The notes under the pieces: model-generated | Databases searched by the model: none | What the model saw: only the letters and a program-made list of their open reading frames with translations | Told to the model about the DNA's origin: nothing | Position numbers and translations under genes: made by a program | Shown here: piece by piece, positions 23,501-34,900 of the stretch | Position numbering within the stretch: position 1 is the first letter of the stretch | Layout of the letters: each line of letters begins with the position of its first letter | Assembly (NCBI RefSeq): GCF_018977255.1 | Contig: NW_024704769.1 | Location: 3,906,001-3,970,000, forward strand | Direction: 5' to 3' | Length of the DNA stretch: 64,000 nt | Source of the DNA: Callorhinchus milii | Lineage: Eukaryota

Positions 23501-26500
23501 TCCATGTGTAGGTGGGATGGCTGGAAATCTCAGCTCGGCTTGGAGACCGTTAAGCATGGTGATGGGCGTCTGCGTGTTTCAGACACCCGGGTGGGCAGAA
23601 AAAAAAGCAGATCTCGCTTGGCTCAGTGGTGTATGACATCAGCCACAGCGAGAGCCAGGAGGCAGAGGAGCCAGCAAGCTCAGGCCAAGGCTAGCACCAT
23701 ACACACGCACACACACACTTGCTGCTGGACTCAAGCTGACACTGCTGGCTATGATGGTTTTCTGATTCACACACACACACACACAAAAACTAACCGAGGT
23801 TAGGACAGCCTGGTTAAGGTCCTCTGTGTAGCTGCTCTTGGCTCCCTTTGCCATCTGTGGAATGAAGATTCCTCCCAGCCTTCGAAGCAAAGATCTGGCG
23901 TAGAAACAAAAAAAGAGGGAGAGAGAGACCAACGCACAGTGTCAGACACAGCGATAGATGGCTGTGGCATCACTAACTATGTTGCATACCAAAGTGCTGC
24001 CAAATGTGAGCTACAAGTTCCAACAAAGAGCAGCCAAAGATCACATCACACTGAACAGTTACTGATATCAGATCCAGGCACTGGCCACAGGAGAGATCTA
24101 CCCCAACTCAATAGACCTAAGAGGGGAGCAGGTCTGGAAGAAGAGGGGTGGGGGTGGGGACTGATGTCATTTGAGAGAGAGAGAGAATGAGGTGAGTTTC
24201 TGTACCCACTTTTAATAATCTGTTCTCTGTGTCCATTTCCTCACCTTCCTGCTAACAGTCCTGGTGCACAATCCTTTCGCCCACAAAATATTCAATCAAT
24301 TCACTTTACAGTATATTCACTATACAGTACATGGGTTTCACCCTCAAAATAGTCAATTCACTTTACAGTATATTCTGTGAAGCGCTTTGAGACGTTTCGA
24401 CGACCTGAAAGGTACTGTATCAAATGCAACGATTATTATCATCATTTAATTCTGCTATATAAATGCAAGTTATTGTTTCCTTACAAATTACATACCCCAT
24501 TGCTGGCTGAGCGGTGACAGGGACAGGGAAGAGGCATCGTGTCATCTCACTTACAGAAATTCCTGAAACTGGGCTCCCCAGTGTCTGTGACTAGTCGGTG
24601 TCCCGAGCACTAGGTCACATCTGTTAAAAGCAAGCTTCCTGTGAAGGTTTCCTGCTGAATGTTTCTCGAGCTGCAGAGATGTCAGGAGCTCGGTGATTAC
24701 AGAAACATATCTGGGACCCACGTCAAACAACCCACCAGTTTATCTGGACAGGCCGCTGAGCAAGATCTTCAGCACTTCTTATTCACTCCACACTGCTCCC
24801 AGGGCAGACCAGTCACTGGGGGCAGGGAGTCATCCCACTCAGCTACCGTTAACCCTGCAAGCCAAAGCCCCAATGGGTAGGGTGGTCCTAGCTGGACAAG
24901 CTGGAAATCTTGCCAGACAATGATAACAACGGCAAGCTATGTGGTCTTAGCTGGTTAGACTCCAGCAGTTACCCCAACACACACTCTGGCTTCCCACAAG
25001 CCTTGGCTCTCGCCAACCTGCGCCTAATACTTTCCAGAATTAGGTAAACAGATTGCGACCCTCCAGGGAGAGACTGCGCATTCCATTCCAACAATCTATC
25101 GCTGGACCCCCACACAATACGCCGTCCCGATGCATGTCCAGCTGGGACTACCCTACACAAATCAGTTAAGAAATGCCACAAATTAGACCCAACAGTTGAA
25201 TCTCTTAAAGAGCCTTACGTCAAAACATCTCTCGGCACGACACACGCGGGTATCCCTTTCTGTGTAGTGACTGTTAATGCCGCAAAAAACAGCAGTTAAT
25301 GTGTTTGCTGAGAGCCACTGCTTTACCTGAGCAGTGGGAGCCGGATGTCTTCCCCGCCAGTGAGGTACGGACCCTCACACTGTGACAGAACAAGATGAAG
25401 ATAACCAGGAGGCGGTCCAGCCGGGATTTGTGAACTGGAACAAATATGAACGGGCCGCCATACTGCCAACAACAACCACACGTTACATTTACACGGCGCC
25501 TTTCACATCGTGAGGACGTCCCAAGGCGCTGGACAGTCAAGAATTTCAACCCAAGCTGGGGGTTGAGATCAGAAGGGGGGAAGGGGGGAAGGATAGGGAG
25601 GGTGGAGGGAGAGCAGGGAGGGTGGGAGTAGGAGGGTGACCAAAAGCGCGGTCAAAGAGGGGGGGGGGTCTTGAGTCTGAGTTTGCTGGTTTCAATTTAG
25701 TACATGATTTTATTTCTCACCTCTGTAATGACCTTCCATTTTACTGTTACAGTATTAATGGCACCCATTGAATTAAACACCCATCAAATATTTCTCAGGA
25801 CTCAGTCACCGGTATCAAACACACAAGCAAACTAGAGCACTTTGTCTCTCCCAGGTGTGGTGACGTCTATAGCACCAGTTCCCCCACACAAAGACGCTCT
25901 GCCTTACCTGTGCTCTCGCTTTCCGCAACATCTCCAGCTGCCCTCTGTGCACTTGCAGATTCACAAAGATCCAGTTAAACACCTTCAGCAGCACCCAGCC
26001 AGTCAGCCTAGAGCGACAACGACACACTAATATAATAATCCTTGCATTTGATACAGCTCCTTATCACGTTGTTGAGACGGCTCAAAGAGCTTCACAGAAT
26101 ATATTGTAAAGTGTAGTGACTGTGTGTTTTGCGGGCGAAACGTGGCAGCCAATTGCCCACAGCAGTGTCCCACAAACACAAAAGGGGTGGGGGAGGAGAG
26201 GTATTATTAGCAGTGGTGAAGGGTTTGAACCCGAGCTGGAATTCGCCCACAAAATATACAGTCAATCACCTTACAGTATATTCTGTGAAGCGCTTTGGGA
26301 CACCTTGAAGACATGATAGGAATACAAGCTGCTGAAACCAGTCAGATGCTCATCTGCCCTTCCCCACATGGCCAACCACCCACCCAATCCACCAAGATCC
26401 TTCAGTGTAAAACCCAGCCCTTACCGGAGTAGGAGAGGTGAGATCACAGCTCTGATCTGGTCCATAATTCTCTGCACCTTCTTTTTCACCTCCTGAATCG

Positions 26501-28693
26501 ACTTGTGGTCGGGTGAAGGTCGGTTCGACAAACTCCCCTGAATGGCTTTTTGCACTCTGGGTAAACAGAATCAGTTACAGTGGATTGAAAAGGTTATTAA
26601 TAATAATTATATTAATAATATTAATAATCCTTCTATTTGATATAGCGCCTTATCGCGATGCTGAGACGTCTCAAAGCGTTTCACAGGATACACCGTAAAG
26701 TGGTGTGACTGTGTGTTTTGGGGTGAAACCCGGCAGCCAATTGCGCACGGCAGTGGCCCACATCAGTGGTGGATTGAGTGACCCAATTATATTTATTGAC
26801 AAGGAAGAGACCACAATGTGACACTTCTCACCTGGTGCTGTTGATGATTTTCTCCTCCAGATCACAGATATCGCCCGGGTAAACCGTGCGCCCACGGATA
26901 AACAGAAAGTAAGAGAGACGTCGAGCCAACCATCCTCTGTACCTGCAGAGGCAGATATTGTCATAGCACATACATCGCTACTCATTCAACCCAAGCCCTG
27001 ACATCTCTAGTTCAAGGTCTGTTACAACAACAAATTACATTTATACTGTGCCTTTCACGTCGGGAGGACGTCCCAAGGCGCTGAACTTGCTCCCGAACTG
27101 CAGGTTGGGATCAGGATGGGTGGAGGGCAGGGAGGATAGGGGTAAGAGGGTGACCGAAGGCGTGGTCGAAGAGGAGGGTCTTGAAGGGGGCAAGGGAGGG
27201 GAGCGAGGTGGAGGAACTGTGGATCAGGAAAACAGAATAAAACCTCTCTAAATCAGTGAAAAATAATTCCACCTCCTGTAATCGTCAAGCAGCATCTTTC
27301 AACGTACCGCGTGTGGGTCTCAGTGACGAGGATCGCGTTTCGAAATCCCAGTAAAGTTAAGTAGTTGTGGAAGAGCAAACCCTGAAACACAAAGAACGCA
27401 CCACAGGGGGAAGGACAATGCAAGGAAACCGAGAACCAACAGCATAGCATCTAACGTGGGCACACAACACAGCGACAGAACGGCTGCTGTTTGTGGGACT
27501 CTGCTGCGCGCAATTGGCCCCCTCTACCTGTCTCTTTGACCGAGCCTTCAGCTCCCCTCTCGACTCTCTTCCCCCTCCTCGCTCCCTCCCTTCCCTCCCC
27601 TCACCCTGACCATTTCCCCCCTCCTCGCCCCCTCCCCTCCCCTGACCATTTCCCCGCTGCTCGGGTCATGACCCAACTGTGCAGCGCCTTGGGACGTCCT
27701 CCTGACGTGAAAGGCGCTTTATAAATGGAATCTTGTTGTTGTTGTCTCAGTGGTTCTGCTGTTTTGGTACAGAACGCAGTCGGGAGGACGTCTCAAAGCG
27801 CCCCGCGCGGCTGCCCCGGACGGACACAGACGCTTACCCAGCTCTGGGGCGTGCAGATGTAGCAGCAACGTCCAACAAACGGCCGCGTGTTCCCCAGGAA
27901 CAGGCTCGCCTCTCGAGGCGGCGCCGTTAACGTCACAGAGGATGACGCCCCGGCGCGACGAGCCTGGTAACAAAAGAAAGAAAGAAATAAACAAACCCCG
28001 GCCCCGGTCACTGCGACTCAGTCGCATCAGAGCGACACGTGGGAGCGAGCGAGACTGCCTTCTACTTCGCTCTACCTCAAGAGCATAACAGCGCGGACTC
28101 ACCCCCCGGCGGCCCATTGAAACTTTACCAACGTATATACATACACATATATATATATATATATGTGTATATACTGACGGCCGCCTTCAAGACGTCCCGA
28201 AGCGCTTCACGGGATATTTACGGCAAAGCGAATCGACCGTCCACACGCCACACCCCCCCCTCCGCCCTGACCGCCCGCCCCCCCGCCCCCGCCCCACCTT
28301 CGGAGGTCCGGCCCCATCCACCCTCTGGAACCCCACCCAGAGACCCCCCTCCCACCCCCCCCCCCACTGGCTTCATTCCAGCCCAGTCTCAACACCTACC
28401 CTTCGGACCGCGCCTCCTTCGGTCACATTCCTACCCCCACCCCCACCATCGCCCCCATCCCCACCCCCATTGCCCCATCCCCTCCCCCACCACCCCCCCC
28501 CTTCTCCCCCACTTGCCCTCCGACCCTCTTGGGATGAGAATTCACCGCATTTTCCCCCCACAAAAAAAAACACACAAAACAAACGACTGACGGTACGAGT
28601 GGTGTCGGTGTCGGTGTCGGCGCGGGGCCCGGGCCCGGGTCGGGCCGAGGTCAGGTCATCGGGTCCACCCCCTCGGTCCAGCCCGGCGGCCAT
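14514..28693 (-). CDS. GPAT2: Glycerol-3-phosphate acyltransferase 2, mitochondrial (about 817 aa if a 1-bp gap at ~25370 is corrected)
   Basis: Coding exons in transcription order: 28693-28592 (Kozak gccgccATGG; least certain), 27963-27838, 27381-27308, 26942-26832, 26556-26425, 26007-25908, 25462-25327, 23894-23795, 23030-22821, 22408-22301, 21739-21654, 21350-21232, 20707-20637, 20091-19830, 19528-19380, 19003-18926, 18535-18404, 17233-17113, 16482-16417, 16153-16098, 14627-14514. Motifs [31 protein letters not shown] (HX4D), [37 protein letters not shown] and C-terminal DYIQQFSC. All phases agree except exon 25462-25327 (136 nt, needs 137). Adjacency to FAHD2A and divergent motifs II/III favour GPAT2 over GPAM. 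Confidence 0.93.
18055..18388 (+). mobile_element. tRNA-derived SINE copy
   Basis: Head, core and tail of the dominant family. Confidence 0.85.
18620..18906 (+). mobile_element. L2-clade LINE 3' end
   Basis: [24 protein letters not shown] plus tail; same subfamily as 2520-2820. Confidence 0.85.
22439..22785 (+). mobile_element. tRNA-derived SINE copy
   Basis: ggagtcccgcagtgtagtggttagagcactcgcc...gttcgattcc head through aaatgcaaggattatt tail. Confidence 0.88.
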
Positions 28694-29100
28694 GGCGGCC
28701 ACAGGCCTCGCGCGGCGGCCGCGGAGTATGGCGGGCGCCAACCGCCATCTCCCTCTCCCGACGAAATGGGATTCAGGTTAAACCAAAGGCCCAAATCTTC
28801 TTCGCCGTCCCCGACGAGGCGCCCCCTCCCCCCTCCCGCGCGCCCTGAGCTGAGCGGCGGCTGCGCCCATTGGCTGCGCCCAACCGTCCCATTGGCGCCG
28901 CCCGTCTCCCAGGCTCGCTCCTCTCATTGGCTGCTGCCGTCCCCAGCTCGCTCCTCCCATTGGTCGCTGCCAACCCCCAACCCTCCCCGCCCATTGGCTG
29001 CTGTCATCCACAGTCCTTCCCTCCCCATTGGCTACTGCCATCCACAACCCTCCCCTCCCATTGGCTGCTGCCAACCGCCGGCTCCCATTGGCTGCTCTGG
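28694..29100 (-). promoter_or_regulatory. GPAT2 CpG-island promoter with 8 tandem CCAAT (NF-Y-type) boxes
   Basis: CATTGG on + (CCAATG on -) with ATTGG starting at 28869, 28891, 28926, 28959, 28993, 29027, 29060 and 29087, immediately upstream of the GPAT2 first exon. Confidence 0.8.
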
Positions 29101-29170
29101 AGCATCCAGAGGTCCACAAGATGGTCAGAAGATGGAGCCATCAATGCGACAGTGCAGTTCCTGGGCCGGT

Positions 29171-29363
29171 GGGGGGTGAGGAGGGGGTCCGGGAGGTGAG
29201 GAGGGGGTCCGGGGGTGAGGAGGGGGTCCGGGGGTGAGGAGGGGGTCCGGGGGTGAGGAGGGGGTCCGGGGGGTGAGGAGGGGGTCCGGGGGGTGAGGAG
29301 GGGGTCCGGGAGGTGAGGAGGGGGTCCGGGGGGTGAGGAGGGGGTCCGGGGGTGAGGAGGGGG
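29171..29363. repeat. G-rich minisatellite, about 10 copies of an 18-20 bp unit GGGGG(G)TGAGGAGGGGGTCC
   Basis: Directly visible tandem repeat. Confidence 0.95.
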
Positions 29364-29513
29364 CGGTTTGGTGGTGTTTTCTTGGCTCAGGATGTAAGTG
29401 TGTGCTGTGGGGGTTAGTGATGAAGAACGAGGCGCGACATCACCGGCACCGCTGTCCTTTTGGTGCATTAAACACTATAAATCTGACCCCGTCTGATAAC
29501 TGCAATTAATGCT

Positions 29514-29519
29514 TTTATT
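29514..29519 (-). terminator. Candidate ELMOD3 polyadenylation signal (second candidate at about 29597)
   Basis: TTTATT on + in an AT-rich segment about 2.4 kb downstream of the ELMOD3 stop, just before the minisatellite and GPAT2 promoter. Confidence 0.45.
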
Positions 29520-31464
29520 TTAAAAACGTAAATTTCAATGGCTGCAAAAATAAAGGGTGTTTTAGTGCATTTTCACGTTACCATAACATCACAGTGTTTA
29601 TTTTTTTTTAACAGTGACATCCCGAATACAGAGAACCAAATTCAACGCTTAAGAGTTCAGCCGAGGAGAACATGCAAAGGAAAACGACAGGAAAACAAAG
29701 TCAGGAAAAGGAAATCGTTGCCACGTCGCCCTCAATCAAACTGGACTGAAAACCAAAGGATGGCTTAATAATAATAATCCTTGCATTTGATATAGCGCCT
29801 TACAACGTCTTTGAGATGTCTCAAAGCTCTTCACAGAATATACTGTTAAGTGAATTGACTGTATATTTTGTGGGTGAAACGCAGCAGCCAATTGTGCACA
29901 GCAGCGTTCCCCACAAACAGTCGTGGATTTTTTTTGAAGGGATTGTTACCCCTGGAAAGCGATCCGCCAATCGATGGGCAGCAATGACCTGAATTCCTTC
30001 TCCAGCTGCTGTTGGCTTGAACGTTGTGGCTGTGTCGCAGACGAGGCGAGGCCTCTTAGGGTTCCATCTGCTTCATAAACATCAATTGGGTTATATCGCT
30101 GCTGGGCTTAAACAAAACAAGCTCCAATTTAAACTGTTCTGCTCCAACCGCAGTGCAAACAGCGCTCAGCACGTACTGAAAGGTCTGCCACATGTGTCCA
30201 GTGATTTCAGGATTGGGCGCTTAGTAGCCCAAGCCCTTCCTGTGTGTGTTGTCCCACCGCAGTAAGTCATAGCTTAGCCAAAACACTTTCTGTGCTGTGT
30301 GATGGAAACCGCCATTTGCCTTGGAAATAAAGCTCAGAACTCTTTGCGCCTACAATTTCCATGAAGCATATTCAATGTTCATAAATGTTAATCAACCCCC
30401 AACTATACATCTCTTACTCATTCTCCCTATTGCTGTGTTTTTTTTTGGTTAGTTGGATGTGACACATGCAGAAACCCATCACTGTTGCTTAAGAGTATCC
30501 AAACCCAACTGACAATTCCATGCATCCCACCTACAGATAGAAATCCCAGAGATAGATTGTTGGAATGGGATGCGCTCTCTCTCTCCCCCTCTCTCTCTCT
30601 CTCCCCCTGGCGGGATGTATCCTGCGTACTTAATTCCGCAAAGTATTAGGCAGCAGGTTGGCAAGAGCCAAGCCTTTGGGGGAGCCCACAGAGTGCGCGT
30701 TGGGATAACTGCTGGAGTCTAACCAGCTCAAAGCACATAGCTTGCCATTGATTTTGCTGTCTCTCAAACTTCCCCCCTACTTGTCCAGCTAAGACCACAC
30801 TACCTGTTAGGCCTTTGACGTGCAGGGTTAACAGCAGCTGAGTAGGATGACTCCCACTGTGTGTGGAGCGTTCAGATACAGTGCACAGTCACAGGAGAGA
30901 ATGAGTGAGTGAGAGTCTAAACACACGCACGCACACAAGGAAGTAAAATTTTCAGATCGCACGCTTTCAAATAATCTCTAAATCTTTTTTAAAAGGAACA
31001 TAAATCAGACGAACATAGAAGGGGGAGATAGATTCTCCAAATAGATAAAGTCGTTACCAAGAATACAACCAGGAGACAGTCACCAACAATAGAGACAACC
31101 TGAATGGGCAATAGCAGACAGAGGACAGTGCAAATAGTTCTCTGGTGAGACAACTTAAACTCGGTTCAGAAATAATGGAAACACAAGCTAAATTGGTTGC
31201 ACATTAAAGTATTTGATGGTCACAGCACAGTGAAAGCTTCTAAACACTCCTCATCTGTATAGCCTTGAACTGAGAGGCTGACAGAGTAACCTGGAGAGGG
31301 TACCGGGAGGTGACGAGAGATTTTGCTGTGCCGTGCTTGCACTGACTAATAAGAGGACTGAATGGCCACAACAACATTGAGACGTTTGCAAGCCTCTGCT
31401 AACTGAGGGAAAGAAAGCTGAAGTTGTTTCTACTGCATCGATGCCGTGTAGGGTTTGCACCAAC

Positions 31465-31823
31465 AATAATAATAACGCTCGCATTTGATACAGCGCCTTA
31501 TTACGTCTTCGCGATGTCTCAAAATGCTTTACAGAATATACTGTAAAGTGCACTGACTATATATTTTGTGGCCGAAATGCGGCAGCCAATTGCGCACATC
31601 AGCGTCCCACGAACATTCGTGGATTGAATGACCAAATTATTATGATTATTATTATTTATTTGAAGGCATTATTACCCCCGGAAAGCGATCCACTATTTCC
31701 TGCTAGGTAAACAGAGGCGTGTGCACGGAGTAAACTTGCCCAAGGTTTCGCCCTGACCGGGAATTGAACCCGGGACCTCTCGCTTGCGAGACGAGTGCTC
31801 TGACCACTACGCTACAGGACTCC
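31465..31823 (-). mobile_element. tRNA-derived SINE copy in the presumed ELMOD3 3' UTR
   Basis: Full head-to-tail copy in reverse orientation. Confidence 0.88.
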
Positions 31824-31913
31824 ACATAAAACAATGGGATTCACGTCCAGTCAGTTCGGGCTCCCTGTGCAGTGCAGTAAGAAAACAGTCTAGGTGTCAG
31901 CGATGTCTGTGTG

Positions 31914-31945
<32 letters not shown>

Positions 31946-31955
31946 TGCTCAGCTT

Positions 31956-34900
31956 TCAGATAAGCTGCAGCTCACCAACCGACTCCGGTTCCAGCTCACA
32001 CACGCCCAGAAAGTTCATGTCTTTGGTGTGGCCGGAGGATGTCCTGTTTGGTGTTGTCTGGTTGTCCTCGTCCCTTCCTGTCATCCCTCCTCCATTCTGC
32101 CGCTCCATCAAATGCAAATCTAGCCTCTTGAGCAGTTGTTTTGGGTTCTTTTTGGCAAACACTGACACCTCTGGGAGGGGAAGCAGAGAATACGATTGAA
32201 GCAGACATATACGAAAGAGAACATTATCAGTATGTTCTGTTCTGATCGTAAACCACACGCTTGCAAGTCGCGCCCACAAAGTGACGGTCAATCCACTTTA
32301 CAGTATACCCTGTGAAGCGCTTTGAGACGCCTCGAAGACTCCATCCCAGACCCTTTGTCTTGCAAAGGTGTTGTGTAAATGTCGTGTGTTGTTGTGTTAC
32401 AAGGATCTTAACGAGAGGTCCAACAAGGAAGCAATGAAATGCTTGACTAACCTTCCCTCACGACACACACAGTTTCCACAGAACCACCTCCCCTCGTCCT
32501 TACCTTTCAGGACGAAGCCAGAATCGCAGATTGTCTTGCGTTGCGTTTTCCAGATCTGGTAAAGATGAAGGAAGGCGGCCACATAGAAATCGTTCAGCAC
32601 TGCCACCACCTGCTGCCGTCGGTTACACTCTCTGCACCAGCACAAACCACACCGACTTAGCAACACAGGAACAGGAGAAGGCTATTCAGTCCCTCCAGCC
32701 TGTTCTATTAGATCATGGCTGATCTGTAACTCAACTCCAAATCGTTTATCTGAGAAATGTTGACTTAATGTGAAGCATTGCCTCTCACCTCAACTGTCGC
32801 TCTATCCCCACCCACACCCCACCCTCCTGTGTCACTGACACTGGAGCCTGTTTTCCCAGGACCATTACTCTCCTGGGGGAGGGAGACAGAGGGAAAGGGC
32901 AGTGAGCGGGGTCTCCTTGGAGCTAAACTGGGATCAGAATGTCGGGAGTCAAGTCACTTTACAATAGATCCTGTGAAGCGCTTTGAGACGTCTCGAAGAC
33001 TTGATGAGACGCTGTATCAAATGCAAGGATTATTATTATTATTATAACTCCGCGTTTGACCAGTGCTCGTGAGGAGCAGCCAACAGAAACAGACCAAGAA
33101 GGAAACAAGTAAAAAAACAAAGAGATTAAAAGGGAAAACGGGGATAAAAAATAATGTTTAGCAGATGGTTCAATTAAAATAAAGACGTAGGAAAATTACA
33201 TAACGGCTGAAGCCAGGAATAGTTTCCGTATAGAATTCCGTGGATTCTGAACTATGTTCTGTATGGAATGATACCCAACGTGTGTGACCTTGACACTTAC
33301 TTTGTGAGGCATTCCTCCCTCAGAGCCTGGATAGCCAGCCTGGTTATATTGATGGACATCACGCAGAAAGGGAAATTCTGCAGTGAAAGATAAGAGACAG
33401 TCAGCCAACAGTGGGAAGAAATGTGGCCACTCAATCCACGACTGTTTGTGAGGGACGCTGCTGTGCGCAATTGGCTGCCGCGTTCGCCCACAAAATATAC
33501 AGTCACTCCACTTTATAATATATTCTGGGAAGCGCTTTAGAACGTCTCGATGACATGATAAGGCGCTATGTCAAATGCAAGGATTATTATTGTTAGTATT
33601 ATGGAGAGAGTGACCAATTTTATTTGAGGGTTTGTCAGCCAGTACACCCGGAGAGAGAAACTCCCTTCTCTTTTCAAATAGCGCCGCTGAAGATATTTAA
33701 CATCCACCTGAACAGAGCCCAGGTTTAACATCTCATCCAAAGGACGGCATCTCTGGCAATACACCCCCACCACCCTACCCCAGCGTCAGCTTAGACTGTG
33801 TGATTCCAAGTCCTGACGTGGGGGCTCGAACCCACAACCTTCCGATTCAGAGGCGAGAGAGAGAGAAATTCTCGGAAAGCAGATGGGTTTAGCTGGGGGT
33901 GTTCTCAGTCGCAAAACCTAAAGCCCTCACGAGCTCGACCACAGATACACCAAAGCACGCGGCAACAGGGACGTGTGTGCACTAACTTGCGTCTCGTGTT
34001 GCGAGAGTTTATAAATATCCCGAGCCAAAGGCAGAGTCTGCAAATCCATCACCATGTACAGAGGATGCATCAGGCCCAGGAATCCTGTCCCACGCAGATC
34101 AGTGCTGGGATCCAGGCCTGGAAACAGCACAAAAACAACAGGCTTCAGTCATCAACTGTGGTGACACGAGGAGCGAGAGAGAGAGAGACGTGGGGGGGAA
34201 CTAGCTTCATTCCTTTTTAATCTGTTCACCAGGAGCCAAGTTTTACAATCAAAATAAACGGAATTGGAATCGATGGACACACTCCAATATCTCTGTGCAG
34301 CACAGCCCAGCCCGGCACAGCCTGACACTGCACCTCAGGAACATGGGAACAGGAGGAGGTCATTCAGCCCCTCGAGCCTGTTCTGCCATTCTATTTGATC
34401 ATGGCCAATCTGTACGTCAACTCCAAGAGCACAGAGCAAACGGCTCCCAAGTTTACCTTGAAATCCCAGTTGTTCCCAGTGAGATCCGTATCGTGCACAG
34501 TCCAGCTTTGCCCCCATCAGCTTCTTGTATATTGTCTGTAGCACCCGCATGTGAACTTTCTGTGCATTATCCAGGCAGCCTGCACCCAGAAAACACAGCC
34601 ATTTACACCTCCTTATGTGTGGACTCCTGTAGCTTAGTGGTTAGAGCACTCGCCTTGTAAGTGAGGGACCCAGGTTTGATTCCTGGGCAGGGTAGGACAG
34701 GACGAAACTTTAGGCAAGTTTCCTTACTGCACACACACGCCTCTGTTTACCAGCAGTCAGTAGGAACCCACCCGGCTGTTAGTTGATTGGTGGATCTCTT
34801 TCCGTAATAATTCCTCCAAAAGAAAAAATAACAATTCAGGTGCTCAGGCCTGGGTGACGACCAAAAGCCTCTCTGCCTTTCCCTGAGTGTAGAGAACCAA

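Noticed and set aside
28869-29363. Regularly spaced repeats superficially resembling a CRISPR array
   Set aside because: Eukaryotic context, no cas genes, spacers resemble each other and units are contiguous. Explained as a CCAAT array plus a minisatellite.
29004-29468. 154-aa Pro-rich ORF on the minus strand
   Set aside because: Translation of the minisatellite; no splice or homology support.
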